64,000 bases of DNA from Eledone cirrhosa (Eukaryota), in NCBI GenBank assembly GCA_964016885.1, contig OZ024742.1, positions 187,674,001-187,738,000 on the forward strand. Direction: 5' to 3'. Position 1 is the stretch's first letter, and the number at the start of each line of letters is the position of its first letter. The notes under the pieces are model-generated. The model saw only the letters and a program-made list of their open reading frames with translations. It was not told the origin of the DNA and did no database searches. Positions 26,809 through 41,122 of the stretch are shown here, in pieces. A program made the translations under genes and the position numbers.

Positions 26809-28802
26809 AATACATAAAAATATTCTATATGCTTTCATATACACCTTTCATAGTGTAATATTTAAATCACAGAAATGCTTAGAAAAATATCGAAAATTAC
26901 AAAAAAAGTCTGAAAGATAATACATTGCTAAAAATATTAATTTTGCAAATTACAAAGTTTCTCATACATTCTCATACATTCTGGAGTAAAAAGTGAAAAT
27001 CGTCGAACAAAGAAGAAAGTTAAAACTAGCGTAAAATCATAAGAGCATTGGAGATGAATAAAAATTATGAATAGGAAAGAAAAAAAATGAATACGAATGA
27101 AAAAAAAATATTTCAAAGTAAAGAAACTTTCGAAGTGTTTTACTGAAAATGAGTGAAAATAATTTTTTTTAAATACGGAAATAAAAACATGGGAAGAACA
27201 TTGAGAGGTCTTTACAGCTCATTGAGATTCTGGTTCAGCAAAGGAAATAGCGTGGCAATGATAATCTAACATTACACATATTTGTACATTTGTTTGGTTC
27301 AGAAACGTAATCAATTACATATGGATATAAAAACAAAAATGTTCGATGCAAAGAATATAATCATAAGATATATACACAAACACACACGTATAGTATGCAT
27401 CCATTCATACAAACACACATACACAGACACATACGCACATACACACACATACAGAGACACATACGCACATAGACAAGCACACACACATATATATATATAC
27501 AGGTGTATATATACGAACACTTACATAATATATATATGAAGAAATGATCCATTATGGCCTGCGTCTTCGCCTTTAGGGTTTGAGCTTTCTGTTCTTTCTT
27601 ATTTTTATATTTCATTTTCTACCCATTTTTATTCTGACGAGCCATTGCTTCCTACTTTGCACATGTTGAACACAATTTTATTTCATTTTCTTAAATTTTG
27701 ACTGTGTAATGATCGGTAGTCACGCCGTAAGGTTATTGAGATAAAAAAGATTTTCTAATTTCTTTCGTTGGAAATGCTCAGTATTTAAGTCTATATTATT
27801 GTATTTTTTACTTTTAAAATATAACCCATATCTTCCAAGCACTACTACATATATACATTGAGCTTTGAATAAAACTATTTGGCAATTATATACAATCTTG
27901 TATAGCTCTCTACATTTGATAATCTTTGTTATAATTGATTAGTTATTTGCCAAACAATTTTATTATATAGTTTCTACTATATATGTATTTGTTGTATAGG
28001 CTTGTGTGAGCGTGTGTCCTTATCTGTATCGTTCTATATGGTTTCCCAATGGTAAATATTTTACAGTGACATATTTCGTCCGACATATCAGTGAGGCGAA
28101 CGTGGTCAAAAGCTATGTGCATTCCATGGGAGATATGTTTAGACAAAGAGCTAGTCCTACTTTACGCAACATTGAAAATATCAAATGGGATCGAGTTAGT
28201 AAAGATTCCCAATATAATATAAATACACTCAGCTGTGTTGTGTGCATTCCTCCTGTCCACGTATTCGGGTCTTATGGAATAATAGTCCAAATGTTCTGTA
28301 TATATGAAGTGTGTGCGTGTTACAAGATATATACAAAAGTGTAAGTATATACTGATCACACGCGGAAGAACCTGTGTGTATAGGGTTTCGAAAAATGCAT
28401 AAACATGCAACGCGTTCTGCATATTTTTACTTTATTCATCCAAACTCTCTCTCCATCTCTCTCTCCCCCTCTCTCTCTCTTTCTATATATATATATATAT
28501 ATATAACGAATGAAGTCTGGTAAAGAACCAGCTGGACCATAACGCACCAGAGTACTCGATACTTTGGGTAGTAGAGTGGGTAATAGGAAATGAGTCAGCT
28601 GTTCAGAACTAAAAGGCCGGAGCTCAGCCGTAAGGGGTCCTCACTCTTTTACCATATATACATACACACATACACACACACTCTCTCTCTCGACAGAAAC
28701 ACAATCTCACATCTCAATCGAAACACACAGCTCAACTCACTAACGCACGCACATCTGAGCTCAAATCACACGCACGTGAATATATTTGTGTGCGTTTATA
28801 TA

Positions 28803-28837
<35 letters not shown>

Positions 28838-28843
28838 CTCTCT

Positions 28844-28875
<32 letters not shown>

Positions 28876-29199
28876 ATCTCTCCCTCTCTCTCTCTCTCTC
28901 TCCCTCTTCATCTCTCTCTCTATCTATCTATATATCTCCCTCCCTCCCTCTCTATCTATCTAGCTCTCTCTCTTTCTCTATCTATCTATCTCTATATGTT
29001 TCACCATGCAGACACCTGCTGCCCAGCTTCTATCTGAAAGAATCAATATTTTATTCAAAACATACTCTAGGTTTACATCTTGTCGTAACACATTGATTTT
29101 TATGTTTCCACACCCAGAATTATATTCTCACTTTATATCATATTACACAATCTCTCTCCCCTCCCTGTTTCTCTACATTTCTCTCTCTCTATCTCCCTA

Positions 29200-29276
<77 letters not shown>

Positions 29277-29759
29277 ATGTATGTATATATATATATATAT
29301 ATATATCTATACATATACATATTACATACATATATGTGTGTGTGTGTGTGTGCATACTGTATATTTAAATATATACTTATCTGTATGTATACATAAGAGG
29401 CATATAAGAAATAGGAGCAAGTCGAAGTACGTACAGGTCAGGAAATAAGCAAAACAAATATATGATTTCCAAGACAAAATGGCGCCTGCAGGTCGTCGGT
29501 TTGATGGAGAAGCTAGCATATATATTTCTATAAATACCGGATAAGACTAAGGAGAAAAAGGATAGCATATATAATAGTGGGAGCGGAAGAAGGCAGATCA
29601 GCGGCAGGAAGGAAATAGAACAAAACAAAACTTGTAAGGAGAAAAATTGAGGACTGAAAACAAACAATATATATTTTTTTAATGAGAATACGCGTAACAT
29701 AGTATACATGCACATAGGTTTATATATTAATATATATATATATATATTGATTTAGGTGT

Positions 29760-30644
29760 TTCAGAAACGCAATTTCGGAGCATTCCATCTTCCCCGGGCG
29801 TACGGGTAACTATTTTAATCACATCTCATTTTGTTTGACCCGTTTAGCTTGTTCGCTTTTTTGGCTATGGTGGTTAATGGCTTCTTAACCATCGTCTTAG
29901 CGTGTATGACCATTTCAACTTATGTTTATAGCTCTGGTATCTTCTTCATATCCATGGAGCGCTTGTCTGCACAATATGGAAGTTCGTTTCGCTAATTTCT
30001 ACCCGCCGAAATGCGATTCTCACTAAATTTATATTTGTATTAATCTCCCAAGTCAAGCAATTAACCAGTTAATTTTTGGGGGTTTTTTAGTTAATTCTTT
30101 TGACTGATTAATCGCTTAAGTTTATTTTAAAAACAATTCGGTCGAGAGCTTATTTCGTTTTGTGCAGTCTTTGCAAATGTTTGCAATAACTACACATGCT
30201 AAATTCACTGGCCAAAATAGGGGTTTTCTCCTCTTTGGATCTCACATGTGCTTTCATAACCTCCGAGATTCTGGCGCAAGAAGAACAAAAACCTGTTGAA
30301 AAAGCGATGCCTTTGTCCGATCATTATAACAAAAGCTTATTTTTTTATAAGCAAACAGTATTATTGATATAGGTGTTGCATAAACCCAATATCGGAGTAT
30401 TCCATCTTCCCCGAGGGTCCGGGTAACTATTTCAATCATATCTCATTCTGTTCGACCCGTTTAGCTTGTTCGCTCTTTTGGCTATGGTGGTTAATGTCTT
30501 CTTAACCATCGTCTCAGCGTGTATGATCATTTTAACTTATGTTTATAGCTCTGGGATCTTCTTCATATCCATGGAGCGCTTGTCTGCACAATATGGAAGT
30601 TGCGTTTCGCTAATTTTTACCCGCCGAAATGAGATTCTCGCTAA

Positions 30645-30650
<6 letters not shown>
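29760..30650. repeat. Two direct ~270-bp repeats (29760-30032 and ~30380-30650) between (TA)n tracts
   Basis: Both copies share TTCCATCTTCCCCG..GGGTAACTATT..GACCCGTTTAGCTTGTTCGC..ACCCGCCGAAATG.GATTCTC.CTAAATTTATAT. Confidence 0.85.
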
Positions 30651-30741
<91 letters not shown>

Positions 30742-30886
30742 ACGAAGGAGGTGTGGTAAGGAACCAGATGGACCATAACGCTCCAGAGTACTCAATACTT
30801 AGGATAGTAGGGATAGCCGTCGAAACGGCTTGAGCTCTGCCGTCGCGGTTAAATATTTTCATATATATATACATACATTTGTGTAA

Positions 30887-30938
<52 letters not shown>

Positions 30939-31591
30939 GTATATATATGATGTATATATATTTGTGTGCATACATGAGTATGTTTATGTGTATTTTAAAC
31001 AATAAGAGAATAAGAATAACAAACAAATGGTGTAGTAATTAAGTAATTGTTTTACGATAGCATCAGTGCAATCGCCTTGGGCATCATTAAATATCACCAT
31101 ACCATCATTTTTGAAAATGCATAATTTACTTGTGGGTTTGTTAGAAAACTGTTCATACAATCATACCTAATACATACTACACTATACATAAAGTTAAACG
31201 ATATATATATATATATATATATTGTCGGACCCCCTATCCATTCTAATATTGTCATACTTTACTATCCCAAGGAGATTGAGTAATCTATTGGATAAAGGTC
31301 TAACTAGTTTAAAACTCGTTTAACACACACACACACACACCTATACATACACATACATACATACATACATACATACATACATACATACATACATACATAC
31401 ATACATACATACATACACACACATACACATAAATACACACACATACATACACACATATACATACATATATCACACACACACACACACCACACACCTCACA
31501 CACACACAGAACTTTAACAGTTTTCGGCCTGTATTGGCCCAGGCCATGTCTAATTTAGCAACACTTGGCACAGTCTTTCCGATCAGTGCGC

Positions 31592-31665
<74 letters not shown>

Positions 31666-32582
31666 CAGAGAGATATATGAATATAGTTATGGGGCGGATA
31701 TGAATTATGATGTCAAGAATAAGACAGAGGAAAATATGGAAATGAATAAAAACAAGATGTAATCTTTTCGTTAACGCTTTTTCTGCATAATCGTAATTCT
31801 TGCCATAATTTACTTTAACTAATATCACAAGTATATAATTACAACTCTATTACATACATTTTTTAAAGATAAGCTATTACGATAACTATAATCAATGCCA
31901 TACTTATGTTGCCGATACCATATCGCAAAATAATTATATAAAGCACAAACTCAATTCATTATTGCTGTTTTATATATGTTTTCAGTTTATGGTACTCTAA
32001 GTGAATACATAAAAAAAAAAAGATGGCTGCTTTTACGAACAGCCTTGTGGAATTAGCTGTATCTACTTTTTCAAAGAAATCAATATTGCACATAATCTTA
32101 CATTTACATTCTTGTCCATGTATGTATGCATATTTCTCTGTCTATCTCTCTGGCGTTACTTCTCCACTATTTCTCTTGTGTGTGAGAGAGAGATACACTT
32201 GTTTGTGTGTACGTGTATATATTTATGTATATATGTCCCTGTGTATGTATGTATATGTGTGTGTTTATATATATAATCAACAATAACAATACACCATACA
32301 TGTTTATATATATATATTTATTTATTTACCTGTGTTTGTTTGTGTATGTGCATACGCGCGCACACACACACACACATACACACACTGGTATCCCTGTGTC
32401 TAAGGTGGAGCCGAAAACGTTATTAGAATGCAATGCAGCCTTGAAGAGATAGGTTTCAGATAGATTAAGCAGTGAGAGGTATAATTTTTATATAGTAGGC
32501 TTCCCTCGCATAATGTTCCTTCGAAGATTCTACTCAGGCTACATGGATATATATATGTATATATATATATATACACGTGTGT

Positions 32583-32668
32583 GTTGAACAATGAAAATAA
32601 AGCATATGTCGGAGATAGGTTTCTAGGAACCTATCTTCGACTTCTGTTTTACTTTCATTGTTCATCAC
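32583..32668. repeat. Fold-back hairpin with ~40-bp imperfect arms
   Basis: TGAACAATGAAA..GTCGGAGATAGGTTT-CTAG-GAACCTATCTTCGAC..TTTCATTGTTCA. Confidence 0.75.
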
Positions 32669-33901
32669 GTGCGCGCACGCGCATACACTCACACACAGCT
32701 TTCTACATTAGTTTCTAAGTAATTCTTATCAGAGCCCGATAATCATATTTCAATTCCTACACTTTGTCTGTTGATGTAGTTTCACATTACTATCTTCGCC
32801 TGTTGCGTGACAAGCTGTCATAATTTCCAGAGCCACGGGACATGTTGAAACAAAGCTCTTAACTTTCAAAATGGCGTACTTATATATATATGGGTTTCAA
32901 TGAAGTTAACAACACATGATTAGACAAGTAGCTTCACTCGTGAATGTGTATCGCTATGCATGATTTGTGCCTTGTTAATTCAATCACTCTTCATCTGATA
33001 TTCATCCCATTTCAATCACATTGTTTTCCTGGTTTCCTTGTTTTCTCTTTTGTCTTATCATATATTTGAGTTTCATTTTTCTCTCCTGTTCTTTCGTCTA
33101 TCCTGTTTTTTTCGTTTCTCCTGTTTCTTCGTTTCTCTCATTTTTCAACCCATACTAACCCCGTAGCTGAGTTAATGTGGGTAATAAACCCAACATAATT
33201 GCTCGTAGCCAGCAGTTCCGTACTCGCTCGACTTTAATTGCTCTTATCCTAGATTTTATTTCCATCCTTTATTCTTTTTAATTAACCTAATTAACCCTAA
33301 TTCGCACACCCCTAATCTATGCATCCCCAATCTACACGCCTATATCTACGTCCCCTAATCTACATCCACAATCTACAGACCCAATTTTCACGCCTAAATC
33401 TACACTTCTAAATCTACACTTCTAAATCTACACTTCTAACCTCATATAAACGAACATTAAAACAAAATATGTTTATCGTTTTAGCACATTTTATCTCATT
33501 TATTTATTCCAAACATTTCTGAATTTCAGATCCATATAGATCACTCCTCTTACTTTAGGTCTAGAGCTACCTCATTCCTCACATTGGTAACACTGCCACG
33601 GACGCCACACCACCCCACCCCACTACACCACCAAACCCCACCACACGACACCACCACACCCCACCACACCACACCACCAGACCGCACCACATAACACCAC
33701 GCACATACACACACAATTATATATAATATATATATATATGCACGATTATACACCCACCACACATCATACGCATTTATATAATAAGTATATATATTTATAT
33801 ACACACATGTTCATGAGTACAACACCAGCATACAGACACACCACACACCACACTACACACGTGCATGATTACACAAAAATACACACAACTATATATGCAT
33901 A

Positions 33902-33984
33902 TATTGGATCGTCAAGTAAGAAATTTGTAGAAATTTCTTGTTTTTCTAAAAATCTCTACATATTTCATACCTGACGACGCAATA
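33902..33984. mobile_element. Mariner-type MITE, second copy
   Basis: Homologous to 1188-1270, TA-flanked TIRs. Confidence 0.7.
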
Positions 33985-34588
33985 ATATATATGTGAACGA
34001 TTACAAACCCACTACATATATATATATATATTCATACGCGCGCACGCACACAGGCATATACGCAAAAGATTCTCTCTGTATACGTGTATATTGAATAATT
34101 TCCTAAAATATTAGTAACACTCAGTGTACTTTAATCTAAATAACTCATCTCATGTTATCGCCATCTTCTTTTCCTTCCCTTTAATATCCGGCTACATATA
34201 CTCACCGCTTTCTTTCCCGCCGATTGTGTGTGTAATTGTGTATGTACATGTTTGTGTGAGTGTGTGCTTTTGTATGTATATGAGTGTATGTGTGTATGAG
34301 TGTGTGTGTATAAAACACATAACATAACATCGATTTTACAAACCATATTATTTGTTGCATGTATATAAGGAAACACATACCTCACACCCTTCTTCCCTCC
34401 CCATCTCGCAGCTACTCCCTCTCTTCCCCTACCAACTGGCTGCTACTTTCTTCAAACTATCCTCCCATATCACTCTCGCATTCATTTAATCCCCTCCCCC
34501 AATAAACACCTGTACTATTGCCCGATACACATTAGAAAATTAAAGTGCATTCAACTTTTTTCCAACATTGGCCTTCATTATTGGCATA

Positions 34589-34780
34589 GGGCGGTGGATT
34601 GGCAGTATCGGTAGAGGGTTGGACGTGATTATTTGACGCATAGAGTTACGGTCCTTGCAATTCTAAGTTCAACTCCCGCCGAGGTTAACTTTGCCTTTCA
34701 TCCTTACGGGGTCGATAAAATAAAGTATCAGTAATGCACTAGGTAATTGCTGGAATTGTGCCCAAAGTAGAAACAATTAT
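34589..34780 (+). mobile_element. Full-length SINE family A
   Basis: GGGCGGTGGATTGGCAGTATCGGTAGAG head, B box, core and AAACAATTAT tail. Confidence 0.9.
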
Positions 34781-34869
34781 ATATCCCCCTTCTATATATA
34801 TATGTACACATAACTTTATCATTTATCGCAGGTATATATGCATATATAAATATACATATGAGTGAAATA

Positions 34870-35186
34870 TTTCTAGTCCTTTCTATATTAAATATGATGT
34901 TCACCCTCTGTTAATGTATTGAGTAACTTATTAACTGTTGTTAACCCCGTTTTAACTCGGGATCTCTTTCTCTATCTCTCTCCCTCTCCCTCTCCCTCTC
35001 TCTCTCTCTCTCTCTTTCTCTCTCTGTATATATTTAATATAGAAATGGTTTCTACAGTACTCGAACTGTTTCCTTCGAATGAGACATTTCTAGTCCTATA
35101 GAAGCAATTTCTATATTAAATATTTATACTCTGCTATGTATTGAGTCCCTTAATTACTGTGGTTACTCCCGATTGAATCCGGGATT
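34870..35186 (+). repeat. Two copies of a short repeat family, the second with a 5' fold-back
   Basis: Shared TTTCTAGTCCT..TTTCTATATTAAATAT..ATGTATTGAGT..CGGGAT; hairpin at 35035-35119; third copy at 56196-56390. Confidence 0.65.
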
Positions 35187-35448
35187 CTCTCACATACACA
35201 CAAACACACACACACACACACAGTGTGAGTGTCTGTGTGCCCACATATATTAGTTGAATGTGTTCAATGAAATGCCCATATAGAGGAACACATGTGCGTG
35301 TTCATACATTATGAAAAAGTATCCATAGCCATAAATAATATCTTAACATTTATTCGTCCTGATATTCTCATTCAGTGACAGTTTTCGCAAATTGTTCCCT
35401 CTTTAGTGCGAATATGTTGTGTGTCCATTACATTTTTTTATAATCATA

Positions 35449-36625
35449 CTAGCAGCAGGTCTCAGTGTTGCCTGGGTAGGTAAAATAATATCTGCTTTTA
35501 TGAAAAGGTGTTGATCTTAGCGATTGCTTCTCGATGATTCATCTATGGCCACACACAGGCCATGCGGGGGATGGTGGTGATGACCTCTATCAATGAGAAA
35601 CGCGGGTGACTGACGAAGGGAAATGCTGGGGGAGGAAGGTAATGACCTCTAACACTAAGCCAAATTTCCTCACGCTACTTGATTGGAAACCGATGAATTC
35701 TCAAATACACAACTAAAAGCTCAGATGACGTCATTGGTCATAGTTTTGAATTTGACCATCTATAAGATGTGCAATGATAGGTTCTATCATAGTATAAAAG
35801 TTGAACAAATAAATTGATTTATGTGTGAGGTGGAGCCGAAGTTTCCAATTTGAACGAAATCGGTAGAAAAATGTGTGAGCTAATGATAGGTCGCCGTCCC
35901 TGAACAAAAAATGCAAAGTGTAAAGCTACTATAAGATGTGCAATGATAAGTGCTATCGTAGATAAAAGTTGAATCAAATAAATTGATTTATGTGTGAGGT
36001 GGAGCCGAAGTTTCGAATTCGAACTTAATCGGTTGAAAAATGTGGGAGCTAGAGCCGAAAAGGCGGAAATTTGAGCGAAAAGGTGGTATTTTCGAATATT
36101 TAAGCGGCTGCCACACCGTTCCTCAATAAACAATCCAAAATGTACTTTAACACGTAAAATAATCAGATCTGGCGTAGTGTAAAATTTGAACAAAGTAGGT
36201 TGATTAATGTGGGAGCTAGAGCCGAAAAAGTTGATATTTGAGTCTAAAAGTGGTATTTTTGAATATTTAAGCAGCTGCCACGCCGCCGCCGTTGCTGAAA
36301 AACAAATCCATAACATAAAGCTATTACAATATGTGCAATGATAAATTCTATTTTGCTTTAAAATTTGAACGAAATCGGTGGCAAAATGTGGGCGCTAGAG
36401 CTAAAAATCTTATTTTCGATACCTAAAAAAAGGTGACCCCCTATCGATTTTTATCTGCAGAATGACTCCGGAATAAAAAAAAATAGATGATATATAGAAA
36501 AGACTCCCCGATGACTAATCTACGAGCCTGTAAAGTTTCATGAAAATCGGTCGTGAGATATACGCCCCTATAGGTAATACACAGACATACAGACACACAC
36601 ATACTTAATTTTATATATATACAGA
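35449..36625 (-). mobile_element. Non-autonomous Helitron
   Basis: Minus strand begins A|TCTGTATATATATAAAA and ends with a degenerate GC hairpin (CCCAGGCAACACTGAG) then CTAG|T; internal ~170-180 bp tandem subrepeats. Confidence 0.7.
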
Positions 36626-37029
36626 TACAAGTAAGGCAGGTTTAATGCACACATACATACATTAATACATAGTTCTAGTGCACGAAATATTTTCACAGGC
36701 TTTATCACAAAGAAAGTGCTCAATATCTGCAAAGTTCATATTAACATGTGAAAATTATTTACCTCTTTACACGTGTTTCTATACTTAACTATATGTATGA
36801 TACGTAGTCCCATTTTCTCGCAGCGCCTTATTAACCATTCTATAGTTCGTTTTTCCACTGTTCAATATTGCAGTACAGTTTACTAAAATGTAAAATAGTG
36901 TAGAAGTATAACATTCTTTATTGTCATGTTTTGTGTATTAGTAACAACTATATACTTTACGTTAATATAAATGTATTCTTCAATATTTCGCTATTATTAT
37001 TTAAACTGTTTTGTTTAATACTTTCCTAG

Positions 37030-37061
37030 GGATATAGACCTTCCATGTGGATCCGATAAAG
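37030..37061 (+). other. Candidate 32-nt host micro-exon
   Basis: Acceptor TTTAATACTTTCCTAG, donor AAG|GTAGG; one frame reads DIDLPCGSDK. Confidence 0.25.
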
Positions 37062-37665
37062 GTAGGACCATTGAAAAATGTTTTTTAATTATTGTATATG
37101 TAATCCTGATATTTCTAGCTGGTTCTATGTTATAATCATTGTATTAATAATCACCATGGAATGTTTCCCTCTAATTTATATCTTCTGATAGTAAACAATG
37201 TTAGTAATATATGCATGATCGCATGAAGCACTATTTGTAATATATTAGAAAATACATTATTACTCTGTTGGATTGCAAAAATATTCCTGATATGACTCCC
37301 ATGTAGATTATGTAATATTTTCCCCTTCCTGCAATAAAGTGCAATGTAACATTGTAGAACTCAATGGAGTACATGTGATGGTGCAGTTATTTAATACAGT
37401 CTAGAGATCTTTTGCATGGTTCCAAAATGTTCATATGTCAATATGTTATATTGTATTTCCTATCACATTTAGAGAAACTGTTATCTTGTGCAAGGGTTTG
37501 CCATAGCCTACGTTTTGCGACGTGAACACCATAATGACAGATCCAGATGATAATATATGTTGATAAAAAAGTGTGTCTTGATACTCTGGAGTTTCGCCAG
37601 TTTATCATAGTCATCAGACAAGTGTCCTTGCCTGATAATCCTATTATAATCAATATATATATATT

Positions 37666-40600
37666 GAAGAGTTAAACAAAATTAAATGAGTATATCAAAG
37701 AATGAGTTTTACAGTAGATTGAAGCACTCGACGAGAAATAATTTTCCAGAGTTATTAATATTAGAATATAAATATTAAGAAAACAGATGTTCTTTTGATC
37801 AATTACATTTTATTATACATATTTCGGATGTACAACAGTACGTCCTCATCAGACAAAATATAATGATACATGACATACCCTGAGATGTTAAATCGTTAAG
37901 ATTTAATCAAGGTAGTGATTAACCTAAGAGAAAATTTAACATTTATACCCTAATAATGTGAAAATGCGAAAACGTAATAAATTCAATAGAGAATGTGTGA
38001 CTAAGAAAAACGTTGCTTAATATACCAGTTATCGAGATTTTAATATGTATGATACTACAATTTATCTAGGAAAGCATTTCATGAATTATAACAGTCAGTG
38101 AGAGACACTGGAAAAGAGAGGGTAAGATGAGGGGGTAATGTATGCAGAAAGAGATTTTTTTCCGAAAGTTAAACGGTTAAGTTTGAAAATATATAATTTA
38201 TGTTATCTTAGGGTAAAAAATCAAGATTTTAGGGGTTTTTTTTTTAAATTGGTGGTTATTTATATATTAGTTTTGTAAATTTTATATGTGTGTTAACATT
38301 TCTAAGCTTCTCAATTTTTTGAGGATAAGATTTAAAGGATTTAGTTGGCCATCAGTAAGGAAAGTTTACACTGTTGAATATTTTCCTAAATGTAATCTTT
38401 AATGTAGATAATCATTGTCAACGTATTAGGTATGTAAAGCTTTTGAAGTACTTATTGTTAGAAATATTTAAATAACAGTGATGTATATAGATATATATTA
38501 ATTAATGAGCCAGTATATTTTAGGTAAATGATAACGAAAATAAAAATAAAATAATAGATTGAGGCATGTTAAAGTTAAATATATACCTATATATAACCGG
38601 GTGTAAATGTATTAATTATTCTTAGCTCAAAGTAAAAATAATCAAGAAATTTAGAAGTTAACTGGAAATGATGTATAGAAAGATACAGGGAGTTATATAT
38701 GGATATATATTAGGTATTAGTGATACTTTAGGTAAATGATAACGGTTACAATTTTATATAATAAAGTTCTACGTGTTAAAGTTAAATACATATATATATA
38801 TATATAAGAAAAACAATAATGAATGCATGAATAATTCATAGTTCAAAATAATGTTTATAATAATTTATAATTTGGATATTTACTCTATATTTGAATCATG
38901 GATATAAGAATTCGCTAGGTATATTTAAAACCATAGAAAATATAATTACATACATATTATAAATAAGAGATCAGAAACGCATGAAAAATTCACAGTTATA
39001 AATAAGTTCAGTAAAGATTTTAGATATAAAACTCAGATTTAAACTTAGATAGGAAGATAAGGATCGAGAAATAAAGAAATAACGGTATGAATTAAAGTTA
39101 ACAAAATAATGTTATGTGTATCAATGTTCCGGCATGTTATTGAACAAGTTTCTTTCATTCGAAGGTTATTTCTTCTATAGACAGTTATAAGATAATGCAA
39201 TATTAAAGGCCACTAAAGTTTTTCCTTGTTGATTATTACGTCTGTCAACCAAGTTTTTAATGGTTTATTGTTTCTCTCTATTTTTTTCTCGTTTTGTGGG
39301 AGGATAAGAATGTGGACGTAGCTTTATGGAAGCAACTAGAGAATAATTCACTTTTTTTGTTAATTAGGGTCTCGTAGATATTAATAATCAACAGGGGCTT
39401 CATTGTACAGAGTGCGCAGTTATTTAATATACTAGAGTTGTGGTAAACTCCACAGTTCCGAAGATTTGTTCAAAGAATGGAGTATTTTAAATTTTTCTCT
39501 TTTAATGACCATATGAGCTATGATAAAGACGTGGATGATTTCCTCTTTGAGTTCGAGAAATCTGGCTTTAAATGGAGAAGTCGATCCTATGTAGTTGTAT
39601 GTGTTGCGATCAGTTTTTACGGTGCATTTATAAACAAATTTACTATCTAGTCAATTATTTTGCAAAGGGCAATCAGTTTTATTTCTACAATTACATTTTG
39701 GTTTAGTATCATTTATGTTAACTCTATTATTAATATCATTATGCTGGTTTTGTTTTAGGATTTTAGTGGTGTGTCTATTAAAAATGGAATGGTATTTATT
39801 ATTGAGTAGGGAAAGAGGTGTCAAGAGCTTTAAAGAATAATTTTGTGATTGGTGTTTTAACTGCGACAAAAGCAGATGGGCAAACCATATGACTGGTTTA
39901 GTTCTAGTTCTTATCCTCGATTTTTTTGACGTATGGGTGTTTGAATTATAATTAATAGACTTTCTCTTATATATGTTATTATTTTTAGTAAGATTAATAC
40001 TTGGAATATTATTATCTACATATTCTATGTTATTCACATATCCTGCTCTTTTTAACGCATTGTTGTAGTATTCAGCGTTTTCATCAAATATATGTTTATT
40101 CGCCGATATTTTATTAATTCGTTTTTGCACACTATTTACTATAGCTTTTCTTACAGATTTAGGGTGATTGGAATGGTTACTAACATAGTTTAAGTTTTCA
40201 TTGGGCTTATGAAAAGGGTAATAGAAGCCAGTGTTTAAGTCAAAGGTAACGTCTAGGAAATTAACTATTTTGGTACCATTTTCTACTTCTAATTTAAGGT
40301 CGTACATTTTAAAGAATTCTATTATATTTTTCTTTACTCTATTAAGTTCTATATTGTTGTGTTTGACCACCGTATATAAAATGGCGTCCCTATATAAAAC
40401 ACCAGTAATCACCGGCAGTTCTCTATTTATCATATTTAAGATGAAAAATCCCAGAAGTTCTGTGATTTGCGCGGAATCGGATGACCCCATAGTGATATGA
40501 AAGTTTTTATTTCTATCTAAGCGGGTCCAATATTCGTTGTTAAGTTAATAAGAGTTCTTCTGGCTGTTAGTATTAAATCGATTTCATCCGTGGTTATATC

Positions 40601-41087
40601 AGTATGCTTAGAAGCATATGAAAGAGCCTTATTTAGAAGGTTAAGTGTTATGGAAGAATAGTAGCTAGTAATGTCCATTTGGATGAATTTATGGGTTTTC
40701 TTATCTTCTATATTTTTGCACCATTCTATGACTTTGTTTGTATCTTTCCATAAGCTCAAATTAGATCTCAATTTAAGAGTGGGTAATATTCTATCTATGA
40801 TGTTTTTACTGATTACTCCAATATCAGATTTCGATGGAGCAATCAGTCTAACTGGCATCTCTTCCTGAAAGTTTCTTTTATGATCCTTCAAGTTAATCCT
40901 CGGCTGCCTAGGTAAGAATGGCTCAGTTCTTCCTTCTATTCCTAAATTGGTAATTAATTTGTAGGCTTCTTCATTAATTTCAGTAAGATCCTCAGCCGGG
41001 GCTTTTTTGTAATTTTTCCTAAGTTCCTTTAAAATCAAGTTGTTATATTCATCTTTGCTTATCCCATATAAATTATTAGTTTTGTCC
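37666..41087 (-). mobile_element. Penelope-like element, left (5'-truncated) arm of the palindrome
   Basis: 37759-41087 is the reverse complement of 41484-45078 minus the SINE; RT fragments at 40517-41101 and 39651-40490. Confidence 0.95.
37802..37864 (-). ncRNA. Type I minimal hammerhead ribozyme, apparently intact
   Basis: ATTATATTTTGT-CTGATGA-GGACGTAC(TGTT)GTACATCC-GAAA-TATGTAT-A-ATAAAATGTAAT: full core, 12-bp stem I, paired stem II, minimal stem III, predicted cleavage after AUA. Confidence 0.85.
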
Positions 41088-41122
41088 GCTTTTCTATGCA
41101 ATAGATTGCATATTCAATAAAT

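Noticed and set aside
28064-28098. Minus-strand CTGATA-TGTCGGAC-GAAA-TATG-TC, plus similar half-motifs at ~5145 and ~31515
   Set aside because: Core boxes are incomplete and stem I is absent; too eroded to call.
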